From a virus (Duplodnaviria; Caudoviricetes): a DNA stretch of 64,000 bases. The translations under genes were made by a program, and so were the position numbers. Shown here in pieces: positions 1-8,344 of the stretch; position 1 is the first letter of the stretch; every line of letters starts with the position of its first letter. The stretch lies in the IMG/VR virus record IMGVR_UViG_3300046786_000226, positions 1 through 64,000 of that record, one strand, 5' to 3'. The notes under the pieces are model-generated. The model was not told the origin of the DNA. It made no database searches and was given only the letters and a program-made list of their open reading frames with translations.

Positions 1-301
1 GATGCTTCTTAGCAAACTCTTTAGTAGGCAGTTCTGCTGGGGGAGCCCAGCTCATAACATTCTCTTTAGCATTGTAATAAGGGATACCTTTAATGTCTGT
101 AGGTTCCCACAAGTTCAAACGCACGTCAATAAGTGCGCCGCCCATGTCTTCTGCCAATTGTGCGGCAAGGTCGGATTTACCTACGCCTGGAGGACCCCAA
201 AGAAATACGGGTCGCTTAGATTGCATAGCTCGGCGGATGTACCGCTTTGCCTCTGTAATTTTTACTGTACGGGCTTCATTTGCCTGTTCACGCTTTGCCA
301 T
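1..301 (-). CDS. MoxR-like AAA+ ATPase, N-terminal part (runs off window start)
   Basis: Hand translation from ATG 301: MAKREQANEARTVK...VFLWGPPGVGKSDLAAQLAEDMGGALIDVRLNLWEPTDIKGIP; Walker A GPPGVGKS; missing from ORF track. Confidence 0.85.
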   Translation of the reverse strand, partial: MAKREQANEARTVKITEAKRYIRRAMQSKRPVFLWGPPGVGKSDLAAQLAEDMGGALIDVRLNLWEPTDIKGIPYYNAKENVMSWAPPAELPTKEFAKKH

Positions 302-331
302 TACTAACTCCTTTTGTTAAACTGTATGTCT

Positions 332-360
332 ATTGTATCTGAAATCTTAATTTGTGTCAA
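332..360 (-). promoter_or_regulatory. sigma70-type early promoter
   Basis: TTGACA-N17-TACAAT upstream of the AAA gene. Confidence 0.8.
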
Positions 361-612
361 TTACTTGAGTTCACGGATGCCGCCTGTGTCCAAGCAAGTC
401 TTGAATGCCATACCTGCTTCCATTTCATCGTAAGGCACGCCACCTTTCTTCAGATAGCCCGGCCGGCCGCGAACAAGTGTAGCTTTAAGCGCGATGAATT
501 CGTCGCGTTTGAATACCTTGCCGCCTAATGCGCCACGGACGATAGCTTCCTCTCCTTTGAGCTTACTACCCTCGGGCATAATGAACTCGCGTGTCTCGTA
601 ACCTTTTGCCAT
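361..612 (-). CDS. hypothetical protein
   Basis: 83-aa ORF with SD-like AGGAG and its own promoter. Confidence 0.7.
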   Translation of the reverse strand: MAKGYETREFIMPEGSKLKGEEAIVRGALGGKVFKRDEFIALKATLVRGRPGYLKKGGVPYDEMEAGMAFKTCLDTGGIRELK

Positions 613-647
613 ATAGCTTACTCCTATAAATGTTTTGCTATGTATGT

Positions 648-676
648 ATTATAACTTGAAAGTCTATTTGTGTCAA
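648..676 (-). promoter_or_regulatory. sigma70-type early promoter
   Basis: TTGACA-N17-TATAAT. Confidence 0.85.
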
Positions 677-787
677 TTAGCGATTCTTCGACATAGTGTG
701 GATTAGACCTGTCTTTGTATAAGTAATGGTGCCTCCAGTTGAACTACGAACTCGGTCGCCTACTTTGGGTGTAACAGGTTTTGTCAT
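677..787 (-). CDS. small hypothetical protein (36 aa)
   Basis: MTKPVTPKVGDRVRSSTGGTITYTKTGLIHTMSKNR fills the gap exactly; below ORF-track cutoff. Confidence 0.55.
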   Translation of the reverse strand: MTKPVTPKVGDRVRSSTGGTITYTKTGLIHTMSKNR

Positions 788-788
788 A

Positions 789-1010
789 TTATTCTTTAAT
801 GGATTTAAATTCTTTGTCAACATAATGTTGAATTAACTCACGTTGGATCTGGGTGATCAAATCACCATGGTCGTCATTGACCACAAAACGAACTGGGCAA
901 CGAGACCAAGTTCTATTTTTGTTAAAGTCAGCAAACCACTTGCGGTGTTGCTTGTCGGTAGGATCAAACACCGTAAAAGGTCGTCCATGTAATTGAAGTC
1001 TGCTCATCAC
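789..1010 (-). CDS. hypothetical protein
   Basis: 73-aa ORF, AAGGAAG SD. Confidence 0.7.
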   Translation of the reverse strand: MMSRLQLHGRPFTVFDPTDKQHRKWFADFNKNRTWSRCPVRFVVNDDHGDLITQIQRELIQHYVDKEFKSIKE

Positions 1011-1030
1011 ACTTCCTTATAAATTAAAAG

Positions 1031-1051
1031 ACAGGGGCAGGACGCCCCTGT
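1031..1051 (-). terminator. intrinsic terminator
   Basis: ACAGGGGC-GTCCT-GCCCCTGT stem-loop followed by CTTTTAATTT on minus strand. Confidence 0.7.
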
Positions 1052-1064
1052 ATATGATATGCTA

Positions 1065-1322
1065 TTACTCTGCGACTGCGGCAACAACATCTTCTGCAGA
1101 AGTGTCTGTATCTGCAGGGATAGCAAACAAGGAGTTTGCCTTAGCGTAAGCAAGACCTGCTTCTTTGGTCATTGCCTCGGGCAGTTCGAACAACTCAACA
1201 TTAGTGTGTCCGTTCTTAACCAAGTTTTTAATACGAGTGGCGAGGTCGTTAGCAAAACGAACTTTAGTCTTGCCTGCAAGTGTTGAAACGCCGATAACTG
1301 TAAAAAGTTTAGAAGTAGCCAT
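1065..1322 (-). CDS. hypothetical protein
   Basis: 85-aa ORF, AAGGA SD. Confidence 0.7.
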   Translation of the reverse strand: MATSKLFTVIGVSTLAGKTKVRFANDLATRIKNLVKNGHTNVELFELPEAMTKEAGLAYAKANSLFAIPADTDTSAEDVVAAVAE

Positions 1323-1384
1323 TTTAAAAGTTTCCTTTTCTCTGTGTGTAAAAATGTGTACGATGAACCATTCACCGTATCACT

Positions 1385-1413
1385 ATTATATGCTCAATCA
1401 CCTTTTGTGTCAA
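1385..1413 (-). promoter_or_regulatory. sigma70-type early promoter
   Basis: TTGACA-N17-TATAAT. Confidence 0.85.
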
Positions 1414-1549
1414 TTACTTTTGCCAACTTTTTACGATTGTAAACTTTTTGGCTAGTAACGACCTGCGGGCGATAAGCACCGTTATGAAACAAGAAGTCAG
1501 CACGGCGCTTCTGTTTTGGAACTTTAGCAGTGATAATTTCTCGTTTCAT
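1394..1549 (-). CDS. small basic protein (51 aa), loosely ArfA-like
   Basis: MKREIITAKVPKQKRRADFLFHNGAYRPQVVTSQKVYNRKKLAKVIDTKGD; AGGA SD; own promoter. Confidence 0.6.
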   Translation of the reverse strand: MKREIITAKVPKQKRRADFLFHNGAYRPQVVTSQKVYNRKKLAKVIDTKGD

Positions 1550-1569
1550 AATTCTTCCTAACAATCCAT

Positions 1570-1598
1570 ATTATAATGGATTATTTATTTTGTGTCAA
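1570..1598 (-). promoter_or_regulatory. sigma70-type early promoter
   Basis: TTGACA-N17-TATAAT. Confidence 0.85.
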
Positions 1599-1832
1599 AT
1601 TTTTGATTTGATTGATAACTTGATTTGCTTCTTTGTAAGGATCTACTTTTTTGGATTCAAGAGCTTCGTCTAGAATAGCCAAAGTCAGTAGTTCCATCAA
1701 GCCGCGGCACATCAAGTATTCGTCATGATCCAAATTTTCGAACCAATCATTGTATTCTTCTTTGGTGTCGAAACTCCAGATGATATCTAGCATGTCGACT
1801 TGTTCTTGTGTTAAACCGTTGATGTTAATCAT
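1581..1832 (-). CDS. hypothetical protein
   Basis: 83-aa acidic ORF in the early gene array. Confidence 0.7.
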   Translation of the reverse strand: MININGLTQEQVDMLDIIWSFDTKEEYNDWFENLDHDEYLMCRGLMELLTLAILDEALESKKVDPYKEANQVINQIKNLTQNK

Positions 1833-1850
1833 ACATATAGACTTCTTAAA

Positions 1851-2099
1851 TTAAGAAATCACTGACCATGCTTTTATTTCGGTAACAATGAATTCCAGAT
1901 CTTCCAAGTTACCACAACCTGCCATTCTGGTGTTTGGTACAACACCGGTGGCATTATACTTTTTTACATTAGTTTTGAACTTTTCGATTCGTTTAGTCGG
2001 GTTATTAGTGTCTGAGAAATCCGACCATCCTGTTTTACGATTAAGTTTAATAAGGCGGAATTGTTTTTCGGTGCTAAAGTCTCTGTTAGTGTCTTTCAT
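1851..2099 (-). CDS. hypothetical protein
   Basis: 82-aa ORF, AGGAG SD. Confidence 0.7.
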   Translation of the reverse strand: MKDTNRDFSTEKQFRLIKLNRKTGWSDFSDTNNPTKRIEKFKTNVKKYNATGVVPNTRMAGCGNLEDLEFIVTEIKAWSVIS

Positions 2100-2128
2100 A
2101 AAAACTCCTGTTTTGTTAATGTATATGT

Positions 2129-2157
2129 ATTATAGCGAATTTGCCAATTTGTGTCAA
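2129..2157 (-). promoter_or_regulatory. sigma70-type early promoter
   Basis: TTGACA-N17-TATAAT. Confidence 0.85.
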
Positions 2158-2436
2158 TTAATTACACCAAAACGCTTCGCTGTCAACTCGGCAAGCCCAA
2201 GGCGTGTCGGCATCGATTTCTACTGCCTTACCAGTCATCATGTTCTTAACAGTAATCTTAGGACTACGATAAGTTTCGCGGCTAACAATGTTCAATTCGT
2301 TTTCACTCCAGCCTGCTTTGTTGCAGAGACGAGTGCGAGTAGCCTTAGCGGCACCAAAAGTCTTGTAAGCTTTGGTCTTATTAGGACCGTCTGTTACGAT
2401 AAGGCCTGTGCCTTTGGCAACGATTACGTAGGACAT
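2158..2436 (-). CDS. hypothetical protein
   Basis: Start moved to MSYVIVAKG (AGGAG SD, downstream of the promoter). Confidence 0.7.
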   Translation of the reverse strand: MSYVIVAKGTGLIVTDGPNKTKAYKTFGAAKATRTRLCNKAGWSENELNIVSRETYRSPKITVKNMMTGKAVEIDADTPWACRVDSEAFWCN

Positions 2437-2466
2437 CTTTTGCTCCTGTTTTGTTACTATATATGT

Positions 2467-2495
2467 ATTATAACGCCAAAACCAATTTGTGTCAA
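2467..2495 (-). promoter_or_regulatory. sigma70-type early promoter
   Basis: TTGACA-N17-TATAAT. Confidence 0.85.
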
Positions 2496-2726
2496 TTAAA
2501 AAGCTTTGAACAAGCCAATTACGCATACAGTGATAGCAACTACATTGACTAGCAACTGTGGTTTATTCGCAACACGATAGCTCCAAATCGCAAAGCAAAG
2601 TCCCCCTAACAGTCCGCAAATTGGATCCAAGCCCAATTCACGGAAGAAGTTCATTAGTACATACATCGCAAGGATGAAAAATGTACCTGCCCATTGAATG
2701 ATATCGTTTACTTTTTCTTTACTCAT
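2496..2726 (-). CDS. small 3-TM membrane protein
   Basis: 76 aa, three hydrophobic segments; resembles 35552-35791 and 52378-52608. Confidence 0.7.
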   Translation of the reverse strand: MSKEKVNDIIQWAGTFFILAMYVLMNFFRELGLDPICGLLGGLCFAIWSYRVANKPQLLVNVVAITVCVIGLFKAF

Positions 2727-2731
2727 GCTAT

Positions 2732-2760
2732 ATTATACAACCAAAACCAATTTGTGTCAA
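2732..2760 (-). promoter_or_regulatory. sigma70-type early promoter
   Basis: TTGACA-N17-TATAAT. Confidence 0.85.
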
Positions 2761-2771
2761 TAAATATGAAC

Positions 2772-3728
2772 ATGGCATTTGTTGAAATAAAAAGCGCACA
2801 ACCGGTACGCCAAGTAGAAATAAGATTGGGAAATTACTGTAATTATGATTGTAGTTTTTGTGATGACAATTTTAAATCTGGAACTAAGCGAGCATTGGAC
2901 ATAGAAGCTTACAAACAAACAATAGATAATTTAATGGAAGGCAACGACATTCCTACTTTGTTTATTGTACAAGGCGGTGAGCCAACATTGTATCCAAAAA
3001 TAGTAGAATTTTTATCATATATTAAACAGCGTGGTGGCTACACTCAAATGTTTAGCAATGGCAGTCGCACTATGCGTTGGTGGGAAGAATTTTTGCCTTT
3101 AAAATTATTAGATAGATTGGTCATTAGTCATCATGCTGAACAACACGCAGATCCAAATCATACGGCTGCAATACTTAATATGGCTAAAAGTTCATTGAAT
3201 GAAGTATCATGTAGCGTGACTATTGCAAAAAATGTTTTTACTAAGTCATACGAACATTTTCAAATAATACGAGCATCAACTACAGACAACATAGCAGTTA
3301 TAATGTCTCCTGTTATACTACCTGATGCCTATGATTTTCACAACGGAACTTACAGTGATGAAGAATTGGATATCATAAAAAATAATAATAAAAAATTTAC
3401 CACAGCGCAAAGTGGATATGTAACAAACACATTCTTCGGTGCTCGAGCTATAAATGATCGTGGAATTTCTTATCCCAGATCTGGAAGTCAAATGCAACAA
3501 CTACAAGAAAATAAATTCAACGGATGGGAATGTGATGCTGGTATCTATAGATTGGTTATAGAAACTGACGACGCTCTACGTGCAATGTGTAGAGTCGGAG
3601 GAGTTGTTGGCAAGGTATCTAATGGTACAGCAAAGTTTTTAACTAGTCCTGTAACGTGTAATGTCGACGATTGTTACTGCGGCGCAGATGCTATTATTCC
3701 GAAAAGAAAAACGGCTCGAACTTTTTAA
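2772..3728 (+). CDS. radical SAM protein
   Basis: CNYDCSFC (CxxxCxxC), QGGEPTL, SNGSR; C-terminal Cys-rich region; start 2772 or 2766. Confidence 0.85.
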   Translation: MAFVEIKSAQPVRQVEIRLGNYCNYDCSFCDDNFKSGTKRALDIEAYKQTIDNLMEGNDIPTLFIVQGGEPTLYPKIVEFLSYIKQRGGYTQMFSNGSRTMRWWEEFLPLKLLDRLVISHHAEQHADPNHTAAILNMAKSSLNEVSCSVTIAKNVFTKSYEHFQIIRASTTDNIAVIMSPVILPDAYDFHNGTYSDEELDIIKNNNKKFTTAQSGYVTNTFFGARAINDRGISYPRSGSQMQQLQENKFNGWECDAGIYRLVIETDDALRAMCRVGGVVGKVSNGTAKFLTSPVTCNVDDCYCGADAIIPKRKTARTF

Positions 3729-4314
3729 CAGCATCTTCCCATGTCGGGATATCTTTGTTGTCGAATCTAATACTAACAGCTATCCTGGTATCAGCCTCAG
3801 TTTTATATTCAACTTGATGTGGAACATCTGTTCTAGCCAAGAAAGGAATTTTATATTTAGGTTTAAAAGTATCTAAACATTTGTATCCAGTATTGTCGCT
3901 AAAATGTTTTCCATTGTTGTATTTGATACCCCATACATCTACTTTTGGTGTAGTATCATCTGGTAATATTTTTTCATATCCAGATGTATCCCACCAACAA
4001 AAAGTCATATCACTGGGAGTCAATTCCCAATTAATACCAAAAGGTAATGATTGCCAAGTGTTATCGATCCATCCTATGTCATTGTGTATTGTAGATCTTG
4101 CGAATTTTTGATTTAGCATACCAAAGCATGCAATTATTCTAGGGCGTAAACCAATGCTATCAAATACAGCAAGTAAATCTTCATTGATATAATGATCAAC
4201 GTCGTCGGTACAATATGTCCATATTTTTTCTTTTTTGTAACCAATCAATTCATCGAAATTCTTTATTGGATCGTTGGGTAAATTTAATTCTTTATAATGC
4301 ATCATTGATCCCAT
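3694..4314 (-). CDS. putative Fe(II)/2OG-type (DSBH) oxygenase
   Basis: TIHNDIG (HxD), distal PHQV His, RIAVSIRF. Confidence 0.5.
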   Translation of the reverse strand: MGSMMHYKELNLPNDPIKNFDELIGYKKEKIWTYCTDDVDHYINEDLLAVFDSIGLRPRIIACFGMLNQKFARSTIHNDIGWIDNTWQSLPFGINWELTPSDMTFCWWDTSGYEKILPDDTTPKVDVWGIKYNNGKHFSDNTGYKCLDTFKPKYKIPFLARTDVPHQVEYKTEADTRIAVSIRFDNKDIPTWEDAVKKFEPFFFSE

Positions 4315-5030
4315 CTTATAACATAATCTTTATATTTTTCCACAGAGCGTAGTACTAGTTTTTCTATTTTAGACAATATATCTTTTGTATTATTATGATA
4401 GATAACAACCGGTATCCTAGACACGCCTAGTTTGCTGGTCCACGTAGCATGTGCGGCTCTTACGTTATTTAAAAAATAACATTGTTTTGGATCAATTACT
4501 TTACAATCAAATATTTCATCTTCTAAAAAATCATGAATGTTCGGTGCTTTGCCTTTTTCGTGATACCTTGGAGAAATTGAAGGCTGATTATCATAAGGCA
4601 ATTTTGTTTTCTTTAAAACCAATTTTCCTTCGGGATCATTAAAATCTAAATACATTCTTAGACCATAGTCGTCATTGTCTTGATGCCAAAATCCCCATCC
4701 TTCATGATCTTCTTTAACTGGCAATAACAATATACTTGTTATATCAGAAAGATCTAATCCAAATGCTTCGACAAAATATTTCGACAACTCAGGAAACTTT
4801 TTATCAAAGTCTCCACCCCACCCGTCTTTGTTATTATATACTGATGTTAGTTTCCATGGAAAATTAGAAACTTTATCTTCTCCCACTTTGCCTGTGTTCT
4901 TTAGATGTGTCCTTCGTTGAGCTATTTCTTCCCAGTATACATTAATCCAGGATCTAAATTCTTTTAAATCAACTTCTGGCTGTGGTGGGCAATCTAAAGG
5001 AGTGTATAATATATTGATCAATGATTCCAT
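4302..5030 (-). CDS. putative Fe(II)/2OG-type (DSBH) oxygenase
   Basis: FWHQDND (HxD), AAHAT distal His, RIPVVI. Confidence 0.5.
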   Translation of the reverse strand: MESLINILYTPLDCPPQPEVDLKEFRSWINVYWEEIAQRRTHLKNTGKVGEDKVSNFPWKLTSVYNNKDGWGGDFDKKFPELSKYFVEAFGLDLSDITSILLLPVKEDHEGWGFWHQDNDDYGLRMYLDFNDPEGKLVLKKTKLPYDNQPSISPRYHEKGKAPNIHDFLEDEIFDCKVIDPKQCYFLNNVRAAHATWTSKLGVSRIPVVIYHNNTKDILSKIEKLVLRSVEKYKDYVIRWDQ

Positions 5031-5070
5031 AATATTATTTAATCATGAAATCAATATATAATGCCAAAAC

Positions 5071-5093
5071 AAAAGCCGTGTTAAACGGCTTTT
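5071..5093. terminator. intrinsic terminator, bidirectional shape
   Basis: AAAAGCCGT-GTTAA-ACGGCTTTT. Confidence 0.7.
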
Positions 5094-5274
5094 GAATAAT
5101 GCTCATGATATTTTTTCATTGCCAGCATTCTAGCAACAAGTAACCTAGTCTTTACGTAATCTGAAAGTTCTTCATCGTCGTCATCAATAATTGGTTTGAA
5201 CTTAGGAACATCTGGTCTACGATAAGCGACATAAATGTCTTCGTCATCTATAGTACATGCTGGATCACTTCCAT
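5081..5274 (-). pseudogene. frameshifted or non-ATG-start small protein
   Basis: Protein-like frame TIDDEDIYVAYRRP...HYSKAV has no in-frame upstream ATG; MEVIQHV (ATG 5274) joins it after a -1 shift. Confidence 0.4.
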
Positions 5275-5303
5275 TTAGTACTATAGACGATAACCTTAAA
5301 GGA

Positions 5304-5594
5304 TTACTTCTTAGGAGCTTCGGCTTTTTTATCCTCAGCTTTTGCTGGGGCTGTTGTAGCTGGTGCGCTAGCGGCTGGAGCGGCACTTTTAGTGTCAGCA
5401 GGCTTGGCATCCTTTTTAGCGGCTTCTTTTTCAGCTTTTGTCTTTGGCTTTTCAACCTTAGGCATTTCCTTAGGTGTAGCAGGAACTGCGGCTGTAGCTT
5501 CTGGCTTCTTAACTGCTTCTGTCTTAGCAGGTTCTGCGGCGAAAGCAGATGTTGCGGCAACTGCAACGATTAGGGTAGCGATAAGATTTTTCAT
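5304..5594 (-). CDS. secreted Lys/Ala/Pro-rich low-complexity protein
   Basis: Sec-type signal MKNLIATLIVAVAATSAFA followed by K/A/P/E-rich chain. Confidence 0.8.
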   Translation of the reverse strand: MKNLIATLIVAVAATSAFAAEPAKTEAVKKPEATAAVPATPKEMPKVEKPKTKAEKEAAKKDAKPADTKSAAPAASAPATTAPAKAEDKKAEAPKK

Positions 5595-5619
5595 TTTAAG
5601 TTTCCTTTTGGTTAATGAA

Positions 5620-5645
5620 ATGTAGTAACATTTTTGTTGCTACAT
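5620..5645. promoter_or_regulatory. inverted repeat, possible operator or 5' hairpin
   Basis: ATGTAGTAAC-ATTTTT-GTTGCTACAT, one mismatch, just upstream of ATG 5594. Confidence 0.4.
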
Positions 5646-5662
5646 ATATATAACGCGACAGC

Positions 5663-6388
5663 TCACTTATTCGTTGACATCTTTTTTGATTCTTCTTGCC
5701 AAATTGTGTCTTCGGCTTGTAGTAATCTTGCCATTTCTTTGCTGGTTATATGAATAAGCAAAGCTCTACGTGGAACGTCAGTGTTATTGGGCATTGTACT
5801 ATGGAGTGTGCGAGGGTGGTAAATTAAAGCGTCACCTGGCCCCATTTTTGGTTGGTCAACACTGGCCAAAAATTCTTCGTTGTATAATCCTGCATAGCTA
5901 TCTTTAACAACCCATCGAGTATTGTGGCTATTTGGTAATAAACCAGTGCCGCCATTTTCTTTGGTAAATTCACATAACGGCAATATACATTGTACACCTA
6001 ATAATTCATCTTCATCCCACCATTTTGGAAAACGATATGGACTGTCTATATGCGGTTTGATGTGTGTATTACCTGGCTCGTTGGTAATAATGTCTGCTAT
6101 GTATGAACTGGGTTGATCAAACATAGAACCGATTACATTAATGAGTTGTCGAGTAATTTGTTGAACTTCTGGCCATGCGCTTAATTCTTGACTCCACCAT
6201 ACAGCCAAGTCCTTACATTCTGCTATTTTGTCAGCAGGGTAATACTTATGGTCCATGGCATGACCGCGATGAGGTACTAGCAACATAGTTTTTTTATTAA
6301 TATCATTGATGATATTAGGATCTATTACATCTTTAAAAACTTTGTATCCGTTGCTACAAAACAATTCAGTAAGTTCTTGTCGGTTCAT
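5663..6388 (-). CDS. phytanoyl-CoA dioxygenase (PhyH)-family protein
   Basis: PHIDSPY (HxD), LPLCEFTKENGGTGLLPNSH, GDALIYHPRTLHS, RRALL. Confidence 0.85.
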   Translation of the reverse strand: MNRQELTELFCSNGYKVFKDVIDPNIINDINKKTMLLVPHRGHAMDHKYYPADKIAECKDLAVWWSQELSAWPEVQQITRQLINVIGSMFDQPSSYIADIITNEPGNTHIKPHIDSPYRFPKWWDEDELLGVQCILPLCEFTKENGGTGLLPNSHNTRWVVKDSYAGLYNEEFLASVDQPKMGPGDALIYHPRTLHSTMPNNTDVPRRALLIHITSKEMARLLQAEDTIWQEESKKMSTNK

Positions 6389-6451
6389 GCTAATATTTAA
6401 CATTATCTATCAAATACAAAATAACAATTATTAGTCACTAAATATTTGGAT

Positions 6452-7363
6452 ATGCATCAAAAGTTTTTTAATTCTAAATATCCTATTATCTGTGCTGGCA
6501 TGAACAGAGTGTCGGATATTAAATTAGCATTGGCAGTTAGGCAAGCAGATTGCTATCCAAGCTTAGTTTCAGTTAATCACTTAGTTATGGATCCTTCTAC
6601 TTCAATGCCGGTAATAGATGATTCATCCAAGTTAAAAGAAGTTATGGAAAAATATTATAATGAAACTGGTGCATCAGATTACATACTCTGTGTTAGTAGC
6701 ATCATTTTACGTAATTGGCCCAGCGCATTAGCTTTAATTTACAAACATAAACCTGCGTACTTAGAACTGCTTGATGTAGACGGGTTCGATGATCCTGAAT
6801 TTTATAATTTAATTAAAGACTTACAAGACAATGGTATAAAGATTTTAATTAAAATGTTATCTGCGGTTGTAATCAATAAAGAAAAAATGTGTAGAGCAGT
6901 TGATGGAATAATTATAAAAGGACCCACAGCCGCTGGCCGTGCTTACGCAGGAACTGATTTAATCACTGATGTTAAGATACTAAGAGAATTTAGAAATGAT
7001 TGGATTATTATTGCCCAGGGCGGAATTCATGATTCTACTGGCATTAAAGAACTATTGGCAGCAGGCGCAAATATGGTATCGCTGGGAACTATATTTGCTC
7101 TATCAACTGAATCAGCAATTTCCAATGAAGCTAAACAAAAAATGATAGAAGCATCGTATTCTGATACTGTTCAGATTGGCCGTAATCAAATTGGATTAGT
7201 TTTTAGTAAAACCGATAACGATGTTGAAAATAATACCATTGGCTTAGCCAAAGGTGTTCGTACTGGTAAAGAAGGCCATGTATTTGTTGGCGGAGCCATC
7301 GATTATATTACAGAAATTAAACCCGTAAGTCAAATAGTAGCAGAGTTAACTGCCGGTCTCTAA
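6452..7363 (+). CDS. nitronate monooxygenase/FabK-like flavoenzyme
   Basis: KYPIICAGMN, GPTAAGR, IAQGGI, GANMVSLGTIFALSTES. Confidence 0.8.
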   Translation: MHQKFFNSKYPIICAGMNRVSDIKLALAVRQADCYPSLVSVNHLVMDPSTSMPVIDDSSKLKEVMEKYYNETGASDYILCVSSIILRNWPSALALIYKHKPAYLELLDVDGFDDPEFYNLIKDLQDNGIKILIKMLSAVVINKEKMCRAVDGIIIKGPTAAGRAYAGTDLITDVKILREFRNDWIIIAQGGIHDSTGIKELLAAGANMVSLGTIFALSTESAISNEAKQKMIEASYSDTVQIGRNQIGLVFSKTDNDVENNTIGLAKGVRTGKEGHVFVGGAIDYITEIKPVSQIVAELTAGL

Positions 7364-8299
7364 ATTAGGATTTGAACTCGGCTTATCAGCATAATAGCGT
7401 TTAGTCTCTGCGTTATCCTGTAATAGAAATTTTAAAAATTTCCAATAATTAATATAAACGACATCCTGCCAATAAGGTTGTTTTTGTAACGGATGTTTCA
7501 TCATCCATTCTATTTTTTCGATGCCCATAGACTTAGGGAAATAAATTAATTCGTCACGCCAATATCTTCCCATCATGATTGGCTTTACATAATAATTCCA
7601 ATTGAAGATAATAAAAGGCTTATTTCCATTTTCACTGACTAAGTCGTTGCCTGCTATATAATCTAATGAACTAACATATCCTTTGACTATAGGATCTTTT
7701 AAGACACTGGCTAGTAATGCTTCGCTGTTTTCGTTTCTGTCTAAATTTAATACTCGACCTTCACGCTTAACTTCTCGTAATACTCTTAGTCTGGTATTTT
7801 CATAATTCCAAAAAGCTTCTTGAAAATATTTGTCGGGGCCGCGTGAGTGTGTAATAATATCGGGCCCTTCTATTCCAGCTAAAAAATCTAAGTCACTGGG
7901 AAGCATACTTAAAAACTTTTTATGTATAAAGTTATTTGGTAAAATATGTCGACGGTCGACTTGATCTAAAACTTCATCTTTGATTTCGTCGGGATTTATT
8001 TCTATTACTATACTTTTAAATCCATATTTGTTTTCAAGTATTTTAACACGTTCGTATTCATGATCATTGTAGCCAACTAAGTGCATAAAGGCGCATTTGT
8101 ATGGCAATTCTTGTGTATGTAGACTATGTAAAATAATTTGACTATCTAAGCCGGAACTTAAACTTAATAACAGTTTATCTCCGCTTTGATTGGACATGTT
8201 CTTAACAGCCAGTTCCAATTCTTCTCGGAACGTGCCAATGGGCCTGCCAGGAGACGTATAGTCAACATAAAACTTTCCGTCTTCAAATCCAGATTTCAT
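7346..8299 (-). CDS. PP-loop (adenine nucleotide alpha hydrolase) protein
   Basis: LLLSLSSGLDSQII. Confidence 0.65.
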   Translation of the reverse strand: MKSGFEDGKFYVDYTSPGRPIGTFREELELAVKNMSNQSGDKLLLSLSSGLDSQIILHSLHTQELPYKCAFMHLVGYNDHEYERVKILENKYGFKSIVIEINPDEIKDEVLDQVDRRHILPNNFIHKKFLSMLPSDLDFLAGIEGPDIITHSRGPDKYFQEAFWNYENTRLRVLREVKREGRVLNLDRNENSEALLASVLKDPIVKGYVSSLDYIAGNDLVSENGNKPFIIFNWNYYVKPIMMGRYWRDELIYFPKSMGIEKIEWMMKHPLQKQPYWQDVVYINYWKFLKFLLQDNAETKRYYADKPSSNPNLETGS

Positions 8300-8344
8300 T
8301 TTTACTCACTAAATAAATTATAAAATATTTACCGGGCACATTCA

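Larger units (their letters stand above)
2476..2761. repeat. 21-bp exact direct repeat (2476-2496 and 2741-2761) flanking one gene
   Basis: CCAAAACCAATTTGTGTCAAT occurs twice. Confidence 0.85.

Noticed and set aside
2-307. Plus-strand 101-aa ORF and the many other short antisense or alternate-frame ORFs in the track
   Set aside because: They shadow convincing genes on the other strand or frame (here the AAA ATPase) and lack SDs and motifs.
361-612. Locally GC-richer gene as a mobile element
   Set aside because: No terminal repeats, transposase or target duplication; explained by Gly/Ala/Arg codons.
5248-5250. TAG-to-Gln recoding (genetic code 15)
   Set aside because: Long conserved genes are intact in code 11 with no internal TAG, and readthrough here yields an unnatural sequence.
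5081-5566. 161-aa ORF as a real full-length protein
   Set aside because: Its N-terminal two-thirds is the +1 frame of the low-complexity secreted gene; only the C-terminal part looks protein-like.
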